From: Octopus sinensis
Lineage: Eukaryota
Direction: 5' to 3'
Assembly: GCF_006345805.1 (NCBI RefSeq)
Contig: NC_043006.1
Span: forward strand, 15,934,001 to 15,998,000
DNA: 64,000 nucleotides
Position 1 is the stretch's first letter, and each line of letters starts with the position of its first letter. Positions 49,974 through 63,827 of the stretch are shown here, piece after piece. The notes beneath the pieces are model-generated. The model had not been told where the DNA came from. It ran no database searches and saw only the letters and a program-made list of their open reading frames with translations. The position numbers were made by a program, and so were the translations under genes.

Positions 49974-51099
49974 CTGGATATTTGCTTAGTATCTTCATTT
50001 CATTCCAGTTTAATTACTCTATGATGCTTGTCAAGTTTTCAAGATGTTTGTCCTTTCAATTTCGTCTTATATCTATCTACGCATTGCCACTTTAGTTAGT
50101 AGGTCCTCAAGCGTTACCTGAGTAAAGTGGAAAGCAGCATCAATCATTTATAAAATCACTAGGACCTTTAATTTACTACAATTTCATTCGGAGAAGGGAA
50201 TTTTTTTTTTTTTTCTTTTTCTTTGTTCAACCAGCCGCGAAATTCTCCTTTATGATAATTAGAACGCATTATGTGCTTAGCAAGGGAATCTCTATTTAGA
50301 GAAAATTGTCCTCCTTTGTCTCTCTACTAAAAGTATGTCCTTGATGAACATGCATTTGTTTATTGGAAAGAACTCCATTTGTAGCTTTTATGCTTTGCAT
50401 CATTTGGAGCTGACTTTTTTTTAATTTCTTTCTCTTTTTCTTTTCTTTTTTTTTTTTGCTCTTCATTTTGCTGATAACAGCTACAGTGATAGCTGACTCT
50501 GGCACTTGTTTTGTTGCATGTGCAGTAATCCATGATTCTACTTAAAGAAAATCGATTCTCATCAGTGAGTGTGGCCGCAGTGACATTTTCGCTCTTTTCT
50601 AATCGAATTTAAGCCACGTGGTTGCGTAGTCGACAGGTCGTCTCCAGCTGCCATTAAAAAAACGAAATGAATTTGATTTTAACTGAAGCAACGTTATGCA
50701 TTACGCAAAAATGTAACTAAAATAGTAAAGCTTCTGTTGATAAGAAATATTCATTGTTTCTAGTTTCATAAAAGTACACGCAGTATATATATGTGTGTGC
50801 GTGTGTGTGCATATGTGTGAGTGTACGTGAGTGCCTGTGCGCGCGTGTGTGTCTATTTTACGACGTACACATTAAATTTGAATTTATATAAGCTTATGCG
50901 AAATTTTAAAAAAGCAACAAAAGCAGCAAACTACTTGACATAGGAACAATGAGGAAGCTTCTACGGGTTGGTTCACCGACCAGAAAAAAAAACAAGCTAA
51001 ACCACCATAAAATGATGCACGATGTGTAATGGAAGGACACACAATATTATAGTACACGATACACTACACCACCTGTACAAGCTTTAGCTGACTGTGGTA

Positions 51100-51690
51100 G
51101 AATGAATGAGATCTGATGTAAGCCCAATGGCTTGCCTCCAAGGCGAACGTCTACCATGCAGAGGTATTCACAACCATCTGAGTGCTGCACAGTCTTTAGG
51201 AGACATGTAAAACAGCTCAAACACTTCCAAATTATGTATCTCTGCTCAATACCCAGTTGAATCGCTGGAAAAAACAGGATGATTGATATCCTTTTGCTGA
51301 AAGTCAAAATAGATTGGGATAGTCATGTCAATCGCATGTCAGATATATACATCCCCACCGCCCAAACAGCTCCTGGATGGTGAATTCAGTCGCAGAAATG
51401 TGTTGCTGAGAAGCAAATGAAGAAACTAAAACATTACCTAAAAGCTTCTGTAAAATACCTTGAAATGAGCACCGGAAGTCTAACAAACCAATATTTGTGG
51501 GACAAGCGACCCACGTCCTGGAGAATCCAGCGCACTGCACCAAAGAAGCTATGGGCGAACCTAAGTAAGGAAGACTTGAAGTTGCAGCGCCTCGACCATA
51601 AATATGCTAAGCGTGGAACAATACCACCACCCGAGTCCGGCAGTGCATTGCTGAGAGAGCAGCCTCCCACTCCGATCGACGACTAAGGAT
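51100..51690 (+). pseudogene. Highly decayed RTE-clade LINE ORF2 3' fragment
   Basis: KANVYHA, RRHVKQLKHFQ, DWDSHVNRMSD.YIP, KQLL.GEFS and KKLKHYLKAS resemble the RTE C-terminus (WAGHV.RM...IPKQL.YGEL). Confidence 0.55.
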
Positions 51691-51761
51691 TTTGATGACT
51701 TTTACTTTACCTTAACTTTGTGATCGACTCCTGAGAGCTGTTTGACTAAAATCTCTAATTT

Positions 51762-51993
51762 AGGCGGCGAGCTGGCAGACACGTTAGCGCGCCGGGCGAA
51801 ATGCTTAGCGGTATTTCGTCTGTCGTTACGTTGTGAGTTCAAATTCCGCCGAGGTCAACTTTGCCTTTCATCCTTTCGGGGTCGATAAATAAAGTACCAG
51901 TTTCGCACTGGGGGCGATATAATCGACTCAATCCCTTCGTCTGTCCTTGTTTGTCCCCTCTATGTTTAGCTCCTTCTGGGCAGTAAAAAAATA
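51762..51993 (+). mobile_element. SINE family C
   Basis: Full head-core-tail. Confidence 0.85.
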
Positions 51994-52182
51994 TAAAATT
52001 TATAAAATGAACGCAGTTTGATTCACAAGGATTAAACAAACAGCAAAGAATAAAGGAAATACTGCTTTTGAGAAGAAGCGATTCATTAAATGATAGAACT
52101 ACTCTTGCTTTTTTCATAAGTACGCAAAACAAGGGAGAAATTAACTGGCATCGATAAGACACTTTAACCAGCAGAACATATA

Positions 52183-53001
52183 CAGGGTGCGGTGAATAAA
52201 CTGTCGTCTACATTACGCAAAAATGACAATAACACTGGCATGTCAATTTAACAGATACATTTAGCAAAATTACATAAACATATCTTGAAATACTAAAGAG
52301 TAAATTTATGCAATAAATTCGCCATTGGCTTCAACCACGGCCTCCAGACGACTTCGAAATCTCCTGCAACACTTCTGGACGGTCTCCTTGTTTAAGTTCG
52401 TGAATGTTACCAAATCCTTGCCTTCAGGTTATCTTTGGTGTTACAAGGAGTTTTTTTTTATCTCTCATTCAACTGCGCCCCACACATAATAATCAAGGGG
52501 GTAGTAGTCTGGGAGTTAGGTGGCCAGATGTTAGGGGTGATGTGGTCGTAGAAATTGTCTGGCAGCCATGACTGGGTTCTCCTGGGTTCCAGCAGCCACC
52601 CTCTTAACGCGGGCACTTGATGTAGGCCTCCGTGTTGAGTGTGAGGCTGTGTGGGGAGCTGAATGGAGGCATAACGTCGCCAACACTAGTGATCACTCCA
52701 AACACCATGATGTTGTCTGGATGTTTGACTTTTATAACTTTCAGTACATGTCCTCAGATTGCAGTCCTCAGATTGACACCCAAACATTTTGAAATGTTCG
52801 TATTGTAGCTTCCAGCACGAATGCAAAGCAGTACAGCAGGTCGTTTCCAAATTTCTAGTTGAGTGAATTGCGTCATGGTGCTGTTATTCTCACAGATGGT
52901 GCCCAACTGACCCTACTATACTGTGTAGTCAACAAAATCAAAAACAAACAATGTGCGAAATTAAAAATATAAAATGGCGACAATTTGTCCATCACATCCT
53001 G
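52183..53001 (-). mobile_element. Internally deleted Tc1/mariner (maT/DD37D-like) element with TIRs
   Basis: TA|CAGGGTGCGGTGAATAAACTGTCG ... rc TA|CAGGATGTGATGGACAAATTGTCG; transposase remnants as at 38608. Confidence 0.8.
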
Positions 53002-53334
53002 TATATACGCCAATCCTGACTCTTAATCGTTTTCGCAAAGTAAGAAGGAACGAAAAAATGGAAACCAAATACTCGACGACAAGCGAGCCAATAAAAGCAA
53101 ACTGGAACATCGAGGAAGATTTGGGGTACTAAAACAATAAAATCCGACCAGATGTTTCTCAACCACCACCTCTATTAATAGAGACTGATCGCCGGTGTTT
53201 GTATGTATGCGTGCTTTGCGTGTATTTGAATATGTGTATGCGTTTTTAATGTCCTCCCTAATAGCTAGTTCCTTATTCCACTGATATATGCGAAACAATC
53301 ATTAAGCATTATATATTATACATTAACCATTGAT

Positions 53335-53933
53335 AAGGCGGGAAGCTGGCAGAACCGTTAGCACGCCGGGCGAAATGCGTAGCCGTATTTCGTCTGCCGT
53401 TACGTTCTGAGGTCAAATTCCGCCGAGGTCGACTTTGCCTTTCATCATTTCGGGATCTATAAATTAAGTACCAGTTACGCACTGGGGTTGATGTAACCGA
53501 CTTAATTCGTTTGTCTGTCCTTGTTTGTCCTCTGTGTGTTTAGCCCCTTGTGGGTAGTAAAGAAATAGGTATTTCGTCTGCCATTACCTTCTGAGTTCAA
53601 ATTCCGCCGAGGTCGACTTTGCCTTTCATCATTTCGGGATCTATAAATTAAGTACCAGTTACGCATTGGGTCGATGTAACCGACTTCATTTGTTTGTCTG
53701 TCCTTGTTTGTCCCCTCTGTGTTTAGCCCCTTGTGGGTAGTAAAGAAATAGGTATTTCGTCTGCCGTTACCTTCTGAGTTCAAATTCCGCCGAGGTCGAC
53801 TTTGTCTTTCATCCTTTCGGGGTCGATAAATTAAGTACCAGTTACGCATTGGGGTCGATGTAATCGATTTAATTCGTTTGTCTGTCCTTGTTTGTCCCCT
53901 CTGTGTTTAGCCCCTTGTGGATCGTAAAGAAAT
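53335..53933 (+). mobile_element. SINE family C head-to-tail trimer
   Basis: Full unit 53335-53567, then two 183-bp units (53568-53750 and 53751-53933), each starting GGTATTTCGTCTGCC. Confidence 0.9.
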
Positions 53934-53945
53934 ATATATATTATA

Positions 53946-54088
53946 CTTGCTAACCAACCACATTGTTCCGGGTTCAGTCCCACTGCGTGGCATCTTGGGC
54001 AAGTGTCTTCTGCTACAGCCTCGGGCTGACCAATGCCTTGTGAGTGGATTTGGTAGACGGAAACTGAATGAAGCCTGTCGTATATATG

Positions 54089-54125
<37 letters not shown>

Positions 54126-54335
54126 TTGTGTGTCTGTGTTTGTCCCCCTAGCATTGCTTGACAACCGATGCTGGTGTGTTTACGTCCCCGTCACTTAGCG
54201 GTTCGGCAAAAGAGACCGATGGAATAAGTACTGGGCTTACAAAGAATAAGTCCCGAGGTCGATTTGCTCGACTAAAGGCGGTGCTCCAGCATGGCCGCAG
54301 TCAAATGACTGAAACAAGTAAAAGAGTAAAAGAGT
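53946..54335 (+). mobile_element. SINE family D, 5'-truncated
   Basis: cttgctaaccaaccaca...gactgaaacaagtaaaagagtaaaagagt. Confidence 0.9.
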
Positions 54336-55084
54336 AACCATTGAGAATTAGTCATAAACGAAAATGGAAATTTACAATTTAATTGTAAAACGTTGAATCA
54401 GGATTATATATATATATACATATTTTGTTAAATGAATGCCATCGTATGTGAATCTTTAGATATATGATCGTCTGTTTGTGCAAATGAGTTAAATTGTCTA
54501 CATAATAACGCACATTAACAATTACAACATTGAGATAAGTGCTACTGCTCCAACATCTCGGTAAAAATATAATACTTGAAATTTAAGGACTACTGTTTCC
54601 AGCTGACATATGTGTAGTTATTATACATTCATTTAAACATATATTCAGGAACACACACACACACTAATAGAAATGCGCAAGCACTCACGTGCACACACAC
54701 ACACTAATAGAAATGCGCAAGCACTCACGTGCACACACACACGTACATATATAATGAATGTGTGAATTTGAATACAGATATATATACATATATGTGTGTG
54801 CGTATATGTAAGTACATATACATACATATAATTATTAATATATATATTATATATATACGTGCGCACATAGGTGTATTTATAAAAATTCATGTATACATAT
54901 ACATATCCGTACATAGACCTAAATACACACATACACATATACAGACACCATACACAAGTGTATGTGTATGTTTTTGTGTATGTATATATGAACAAATGTC
55001 TGTGTGTATATATATATATATATATATATACATATGCATATATATATCTATATATATATACATATATATATCTATATATATATC

Positions 55085-55115
<31 letters not shown>

Positions 55116-55172
55116 ATCTATATATATATATACATATATATATACATATATATATATCTATATATATATTAT

Positions 55173-55234
<62 letters not shown>

Positions 55235-55968
55235 GATACATATTTATATTTATGCGTATATATATGCATATGTGTATGTATGTATGTATGTATGTATGTA
55301 TGTATGTATGTATGTATGTATGTGTGTACGTATGTATGTGTGTACGTATGTATGTACAGAGAGAGCGATTTTGATAATACACAACCAAAGCATTATATCT
55401 GTGATGAAATGGAATTGCAAGATAATTGGATATTATGACAGAGTTTCCGTTACAGGCGCTAAGCTAGTCTGATCTATTACGAAGTAATACACGGAATGAT
55501 ACTAGTGATTACCATCCTAAATTTGCTCTTGATTGGTTTCTTTTCTATTTACTCGGGTATGTAGAAACTTTCTCTCTTTTTTTGCAATATTAATGGTTGT
55601 CTCTGGTAGTTTTAGACTTTTGGTGTTCATATTAATCATTTGACATACGTTAAGTTAGTAACTTCGATTCTTTCTAACCTTTTAGAGACGTTTTCTTTCA
55701 CGACAGCCCCTCTCTCATTCTCTCTCACTCCTTCCTCTTTCACTCTTTCTTTCTTTCACACGAGCACGTGCGCACACACACATACACACACACACTTACC
55801 TATGTCCCATCTAGATATTTACATTTATAAATATTAGTTAAATATATATGTGTGTGAATATACATGCATGTGCGTGTGTATGCATATATGAGTATGTGTA
55901 TATAAACGTGTGTGTATGTATGTATGTATTATGCATGCATGTATGTATGTATATGTTGATAGATAGAC

Positions 55969-56048
<80 letters not shown>

Positions 56049-56113
56049 CGAAAGATAAACAGACAGACAGACAGACAGGTAGGTAGGTAGGTAGGTAGGT
56101 AGGTAGGTAGGTC

Positions 56114-56172
<59 letters not shown>

Positions 56173-56319
56173 GCGTAAATATATAGCGGAAACTTCGATG
56201 AGTATATAGATATATGCGTAGCTCTGCCACGGCGAGTCGTTGAAAAGCACAGCTTGTTGTACGATGACAGGAATATTATTACATCTCGTGTCAGTTGGCA
56301 GCGTCAGCTTTTCTGGTGT

Positions 56320-56367
56320 CTGTTACTGAAGAAGAGATAACCGCTACGAAATGCATGCATTTAACAG
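56320..56367 (+). ncRNA. Candidate minimal type I hammerhead ribozyme (AUU site)
   Basis: CUGUUA-CUGAAGA-AGAGAUAACCGCUAC-GAAA-UGCAUGCA-UU-UAACAG. Perfect 6-bp stem I, palindromic stem III, weak stem II. Confidence 0.6.
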
Positions 56368-56574
56368 TCTAGTCAGGGAACGCCGTGAACTAACTCTGTG
56401 TATTTTTACCTGCGTGTCTACAGCGATAAATTTTCTTCATGCCGAAATGCAGTGAATGGCTTTGTTTAGGGTTCGAAATATACAAGCATATTTGAACTGG
56501 TAACAAGTTTGTTGGTACATTTTATATAACTGTATTGCATGCTACCATTATGGTTGCGTTATTATGAAGCTCGC

Positions 56575-56862
56575 ACATGTGAGTTTATTCAAACCCCCAA
56601 AGAATTCCTCTCAACATATGGCCATAATGCTCCCCCTACTTCTGCTCGTGATCAGAGACGCACATATCGTCAACCACCAAGGGACATGCTCAACTGTTTA
56701 AGGTCAAGCAACTGACAAGCAAATCTGTTGTATTGAGCAGAACATTTACTGTAGCCCATCTTTTATACCATAAGAAAACACGTACATGATAACACTTCCA
56801 ATCAGTGAAGATCAGAAGCCATGAGAACCAGTGCCTCGTACTGCATCAGGGCATTTACTAAA
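56575..56862. repeat. Unclassified interspersed repeat (shared with 15490-15790)
   Basis: See the 15490 copy; ends gtactgcatcagggcattta. Confidence 0.55.
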
Positions 56863-56883
56863 AATATTTCCATTATTTATTAT

Positions 56884-57103
56884 TACTCTTTTACTCTTTT
56901 ACTTGTTTCAGTCATTTGACTGCGGCCATGCTGGAGCACCACCTTTAATCGAGCAACTCGACCCCGGGACTTATTCTTTTGTAAGCCCAGTACTTATTCT
57001 ATCGGTCTCTTTTGCCGAACCGCTAAGTAACGGGGACATAAACACACCAGCATCGGTTGTCAAGCTAGGGGGACAAACACAGACACACAAACACACGCAC
57101 TCT

Positions 57104-57140
<37 letters not shown>

Positions 57141-57353
57141 ATATATATATATATACATATATACGACGGGCTTCTTTCAGTTTCAGTCTACCAAATCCAC
57201 TCACAAGGCTTTGGTCGGCCCGAGGCTATAGTAGAAGACACTTGCCCAAGGTGCCACGCAGTGGGACTGAACCCAGAACCATGTGGTTGGTAAACAAGAA
57301 ACTTACCGCACAGCCACTCCTACGCCTATATACACAGCCACTCCTACGCCTAT
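56884..57353 (-). mobile_element. SINE family D with duplicated 5' end
   Basis: Complete copy; cacagccactcctacgcctat occurs twice (57309-57353). Confidence 0.9.
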
Positions 57354-58266
57354 ATTATTTATAAATATACTCACCTTCGTGTTGTTTAACACATACGAAA
57401 ACATATATCAAAAACACTCGTATATCTTATATAATTTCGTCTGCGCCATTACATTTGATATTCGGATGTAATGTTGCAAACAAATTGTTATAATTGAATT
57501 CAATTTATATGATCAGCAATAATTAGTAAGATCTTATTTGTTTCTAAGAATATATACTTATTATCTATTTGTTTTATAAATTTTTATCCCAATGAAAAAC
57601 TAAATTGACTTTCGTGGCTACAGTATACACTGGTATATATATTAATATCTAAACACGCATTTTTGTGTGGTTTCTGTGTATATCTATGTGTTCGCGTGCT
57701 TCTGTGTCTGGATGCATATATGTAGTATCGGAGTGTCGGTGTATCGGGATGTCGTTGTATCGGAATATCTCTGCGTATATACATGTACATTATATATATG
57801 ATGGCTGTAAAGTCGTGTTCGAATATTGCCTTCACCTGATCAAAAGTCCCACGCATGCGAAAGCTACCACTTTTGTGATAGATCTTACTTTTTTTTCATG
57901 CGATGCCTGTGCATGATGATTTTTGATAGTGGGGGAGAAAGGATTTGCACAATCCAATCCCACTCACTGAACGTGGACAACATAAACTCAAAAAGAAGAC
58001 CCAGTCTACATCATCAAATAATGTCAGTGTCGCAGGTTTTCCCTCAGAGTTTCCCTCTCCTAGAGAGTTTTGGTAACACAAGAGGGGTCTCCAATTCCCA
58101 CTGGGCTAACCGCACTCCTGGACACCAACCCAGCTATTTCCACGTCTCCACGAATACATACTCATGTACACGTACATATGTATATACAAACACATATACA
58201 AACGCAAATACACACCTACACATACATACATACACACATACATACATACATACATACATACATACA

Positions 58267-58297
<31 letters not shown>

Positions 58298-58840
58298 CTT
58301 TGGCTTCATTGATATCTATGTTATGATTTTTATTACGTATGACATCTTACAATGTTTGACTCAATCATTAAACTGCGAATATATTCCTCTATCTATATAT
58401 ATATCTTAATCTCGTTCCCTCCCTCTTCTCGCTTTCACTTCATCGATAGATAATGTGATTTTGTGTGAGTGCGTGCATGCGTGTACGTACATCTGTTCGT
58501 GCGCATCTGTGTGTGTGCATGTAGACATCGATCATGGCTACATACGAAGATATTCAGAATAGTCGATAATTATTTGTATACTTCTGTATGTATTATGTAA
58601 TTATGTATGCATCTATGAATGTATGTATGTATGTATGTATGTATTCATGCATGCATGCGCATGTATGTATATGTGTGTATGCATATTTAGAGAGAGACAG
58701 AGAGAGAATGATGTATATGTGTAGGTATATATATATATATTAGTATATATATATATTATATATACATATATATATGATATACATACATACATATATATAA
58801 TACATATATATATATATATATATATAATATATATATATAA

Positions 58841-58871
<31 letters not shown>

Positions 58872-59826
58872 GATACATAGACATATATATATTATATATA
58901 TACATATACACACACACATATATACATATATATATTATATATTTTTATATATATATTATATATATATATATATATTATATATATATATATATAATATATA
59001 TATATACATATATGCACACATATACATATATATGATGAATGGGTATAAAGAATATATACGTGCTTCAGCGTTAATACCAGCCGAATGATTGATCGACCGA
59101 TCGATCTGTCAGAACATATCACAAGCATTAACGGCTAAGACTGATATTCATTTCCTAAACTGTTCTAGTGACGAGTTAAATTTGAACTTTCATTTTTACA
59201 TTTTTTCTCTTTGTTTGTTTGTTTGTTTGTTTTTTTGTTTTTTTAACTCTGGCACTTTTAACTCCTCAACTTAGCGTTTTATTTGCTCTTATCTGAAATG
59301 ACATGCCTCGACGTCATTATGATCAAAGCAAGAGATTATCTCATTTTCATCTAATGCAATTCCCATCACTACCATCAACAACAACAACATAAATTATAGA
59401 ATAAAATGTCACAATTGCGTCTATGTTATAGGATAAGTAAAGCCCCTGGCATTGGGTAACAAATTTTAAAGGTACATCAAAGTTTAAATATTTGTTGTCA
59501 TGCCAGAAAATACTTACGTAATAATGACACATGCACAACACTTCTCGTAGAGATAACAAACAAAAACAAGGATAAAGAAGATGGGAACTTGAACACACTA
59601 TCCAATGAACAAAAATATAAAATAAAATGGAATTAAATAAAATAAAGCAGCATAGAATGACTAAAAGAATTCTGATGTGTCCTTCCAGTAGAGGATTACA
59701 ATCTCCAGAACAAGCATAATCGATATAATTGGTATTTGAATGATGGAAAACAACAACACGGAACTTTAAAATAAAACAATACTGACTCAGTACAAAAACA
59801 GTGCCATTGCAATTCTCAACCGTCAA

Positions 59827-60141
59827 GATTAAGTCGATTATATCTACCCCAGTGCCGGGGTCGACTTTGCCTTTCATCCTCTCTGGGTCGATAAATAAAG
59901 TACCAGTTTCGCACTGGGTCGATATAATCGACTTAATCCCTTTGTCTGTCCTTGTTTGTCCCCTCTATCTTTAGCCCCTTGTGGGCAATAAAGAAATATA
60001 TATCTACCCCAGTGCGTAACTTGTACTTAATTTATTGACCCCGAAAGGATGAAAGGCAAAGTCGACCTCGGCCGAATTTGATCTCACAACGTAACGCAGA
60101 CGAAATACCGCTAAGCATTTTACCGGTCGTGCTCGCCGCCT
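59827..60141. mobile_element. SINE C (plus, 59856-59999) nested in a SINE C (minus)
   Basis: 16-bp TSD ATATCTACCCCAGTGC at 59840-59855 and 60000-60015, inside the minus-strand copy. Confidence 0.85.
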
Positions 60142-60560
60142 TATCTATCTTGAATAACAACAATTACTAATTCAAGTGCAAGGTTGATGCATTTAGTGTT
60201 GAGGCGCTGTAGAATAAATCAATCCCAGTTTTTGACAGGTATTTTATTTTCATCGATCCTAGATGATGGAAGGCAAAGTTGAGATCGATGGGATTTGATT
60301 TCATATGTTAGGATCTTCGGTTACATATCACGAGAAATTTTGTCCGATGCTGTAATGATTCTGTCAATGTATCAATCTATCAGTAGTAAAGATACAAAAA
60401 GCACATTAATAATTTAGAAAAAAAAATAGCACATAATAATTTAGATAAACGAGATGGCTATGGTTGAAATTACTGTGATTATTTCTGACACAGGGACGAA
60501 TAACAAGAACCACAACGACAACAACTGGTTTAAAGATTTGAACGATAAACTACGCATGTA

Positions 60561-60969
60561 TACTCTCTCTCTTTTACTTGTTTCAGTCATCTGACTGCGG
60601 CCATGCTGGAGCACCGCCTTTAATCGAGCAACTCGACCCCGGGACTTATTCTTTTGTAAGCCCAGTACTTATTCTATCGGCCTCTTTTGCCGAACCGCTA
60701 AGTGACGGGGACATAAACACACCAGCATCGGTTGTCAAGCAATGCTAGTGGGACAAACACAGTCACACAAACACACACACGCATACATATATATACATAT
60801 ATAGGACGGGTTTCTTTCAGTTTCCGTCTACCAAATCCACTCACAAGGCTTTGGTCGGCCCGAGGCTATAGCAGAAGACACTTGCCCAAGGTGCCACGCA
60901 GTGGGACTGAACCCGGAACCATGTGGTTGGTAAACAAGCTACTTACCACACAGCCACTCCTGCGCCTAT
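60561..60969 (-). mobile_element. SINE family D, full-length
   Basis: Complete head to tail. Confidence 0.9.
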
Positions 60970-61320
60970 ATTTATGTTTGCGACATAAGCATGAGTAAAT
61001 GTTTAAGATTTTAAGAAATTAACTTTTGAAATCATAATATGCCGAGATTAATCTCACTGAGAGACGCCCACTGGACGATATGTCCTTTTTCTGTAGCGTT
61101 GAACTGGTGTAACACTGGTAACTGGAAGAAATGTGAGGGAAACTATGTGGAAGCCTGTCAGATATTTTGCAATCCAAGGGGCCAGCCTTTATTATCTTTA
61201 TTGTCTCATAGTGTATTTCCAATGTTTCCATTAAGTGCACAAATTTATTTGAAAAACAATAAATGTAGTGAATGCAGCGTCGAAGATACAAGTTAGACAT
61301 TCATAATCACATTAGACATT

Positions 61321-61734
61321 AAGGTGGCGAGCTGGCAGAAACGTTAGCGCGCTGGGCAAAATGCTTAGCGGTATTTCGTCTGCCGCTACGTTCTGAGTTC
61401 AAATTCCGCCGAGGTTGACTTTGCCTTTCATCCTTTCGGGGTCGATTGAATAAGTACTAGTTACGCACAGGCGTCGATATAATCGACTTAATCCGTTTGT
61501 CTGTCCTTGTTTGTCCTCTGCTTAGCCCCTTGTGGGTAGTAAAGAAATAGGTATTTCGCCTGCCGCTACGTTCTGAGTTCAAATTCCGCCGAGGTCGACT
61601 TTGACTTTCATCCTTTCGCGGTCAATAAATTAAGTACCAGTTACGCACTTGTGTCGATGTAATCGGCTTAATCCTTTTGTCTGTCCTTGTTTGTCCCCTC
61701 TATGTTTAGCCCCTTTTTGGGCAATAAAGAAATA
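61321..61734 (+). mobile_element. SINE family C head-to-tail dimer
   Basis: The second unit starts at 61550 with GGTATTTCGCCTGCC, the same junction as the 53.3-kb trimer. Confidence 0.9.
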
Positions 61735-62127
61735 AGAATCACACACACCGTTAACTTCATCCATATGTAATATGGTGTTAAAATGTTCATCGCACGAAAC
61801 CGGAAACTGTTTTCAGACAAATATTTTATATGCAGTACAATAGGTTATGGTTTCGAACGGCGAAAATTTTGATGCCATATTGCAAATAAATGTTTTAGTG
61901 AAATTAAAGGTCTCCGTTTGTTTCGGAATGTCTAACTTGTGCTTTCCATGCTATTATCGTTTAAGTTTCAGTACACGATCTCACATCAAAATATTACTAT
62001 GCAAGTACATCTCCGTAGCAGTAAATTCACTATGAGTATGTAGATACATACTACGTAATATAATGAATTAGTCAAATGAAATGATTAGTATATACTCCTT
62101 CTCGAAACCGATATGAATTCCATCATA

Positions 62128-62358
62128 TATATCTTTACTACCCACAAGGGGCTAAATACAGAGGGGACAAACAAGGACAGACAAACGGATTAAGTCGATT
62201 ACATCGACCCCCCCAGTGCGTAACTGGTACTTAATTTATCGATCCCGAAAGGATGAAAGGCAAAGTCGACCTCGGCGGAATTTGAACTCAGAACGTAGCG
62301 GCAGATGAAATACGGCTACGCATTTCGCCCGGCGTGCTAACGTTTCTGCCAGCTCGCC
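62128..62358 (-). mobile_element. SINE family C with 14-bp TSD
   Basis: TSD TGAATTCCATCATA at 62114-62127 and 62359-62372. Confidence 0.9.
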
Positions 62359-63604
62359 TGAATTCCATCATAGTTGTTTATGTGTAAATTATTTACGTAG
62401 AAAAACCATAAAACTACCAACTGTATTCGAGACCAAACAAAACTGAATGACAATTTATAATAGCATGGTGGTAAGATCGGGTTGGATACATCCAGAGTAT
62501 GAGTGAACAAAAGACAGAAGTAAAAGCTTAAAAGACGCGACATTCTGAGTGTCCACAAGAAAAGCAATGAAGGACAACGCACAGAAGAAACGTATTGCCT
62601 TTTGAATTCCGTTCCTCTTTGTTAAGCGCTGGAGATCATGGATGCAGACATCATCTCTCTCTCTCTCCCTCTCTCTCCTTCTCTCTCTCGATTCCTGCTT
62701 CCTCTCTCCAAGAATCTATCCGGGCCGTTATTTGAAGTCTGCCCAGCGTCTTTCTTTACTCTCTTCCCTGAAATTGCCTCTTCCTTCTAGGATGTAGGGG
62801 CTGCGGTTTTGGGCTCTGATGACATGCACACATATACTGTAGTTTCGTCTTCCTAATTTGTTGCCAAAATTTCTTTTCTATTCCTATTTCCTCGAGTACC
62901 GTCCAACTGTGAGAAAGCATTTGAGGATTAGATTGTTATAAGCTTTTCGATTATTTCCTATTTTATTTATTCATATATTTAATTATTTTTACTTAATCTA
63001 TTCTATGAACTTGATGCATGCGTGATGAAAATATATTTCATGTTCGTGGTGTAAAGCCACCTCCATAAGACGATGACACTTCTGAAATAAGTTATAAGTC
63101 CTTTACTTCGATTTTAACCATTCAAATTAATATAGCAGTATGATACAAACATGAAAGAAGATAGTGTAAAATGCTATAAGATATCAACCAATACCGTTGG
63201 ACCAATAATACTGTGGCATGAAATCTGATAAAACTTTTGCAGGAAGACGTAGAAGAATATAAATATAGTAAATAGAGAATCTTACAAACAGCATGATATT
63301 AAAAAAATCTTGAAGTAGCAAAAGTATTTACAAATGGACGTTAACTTAATGGAAACGCCCGAGGTACAAATGTCGAAATTAAATGCAACCAACTGATGGT
63401 AGGTACCAATTTTTGGAAACTCATTGAAAATTACCACTCGCCATGAAGTTTCGGGAAATTTAATGAATGTACAAATAACTACGAGAAATATAAGTATTAT
63501 CAATTTCTCAATTCATGCGTGTGTTCCTCTCTCTCTTTTTCTCTTCCTCACCACTCTCTTCTCCTTCAGTCTCGCATACGTACACACTTACACAGACCCA
63601 CGCA

Positions 63605-63657
<53 letters not shown>

Positions 63658-63756
63658 CATGCATACTCAGACACACACATAAATGCATACAAACATACAA
63701 TCATAAATATTTATTACTTCATGCAGAAAGACAGACAGTTAGGCAAACAGACTATA

Positions 63757-63827
<71 letters not shown>

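Noticed and set aside
53335-53933. Regular repeats that could suggest a CRISPR array or satellite (also 2-928)
   Set aside because: Eukaryotic DNA, no unique spacers, no cas genes. These are SINE multimers and coding peptide repeats.
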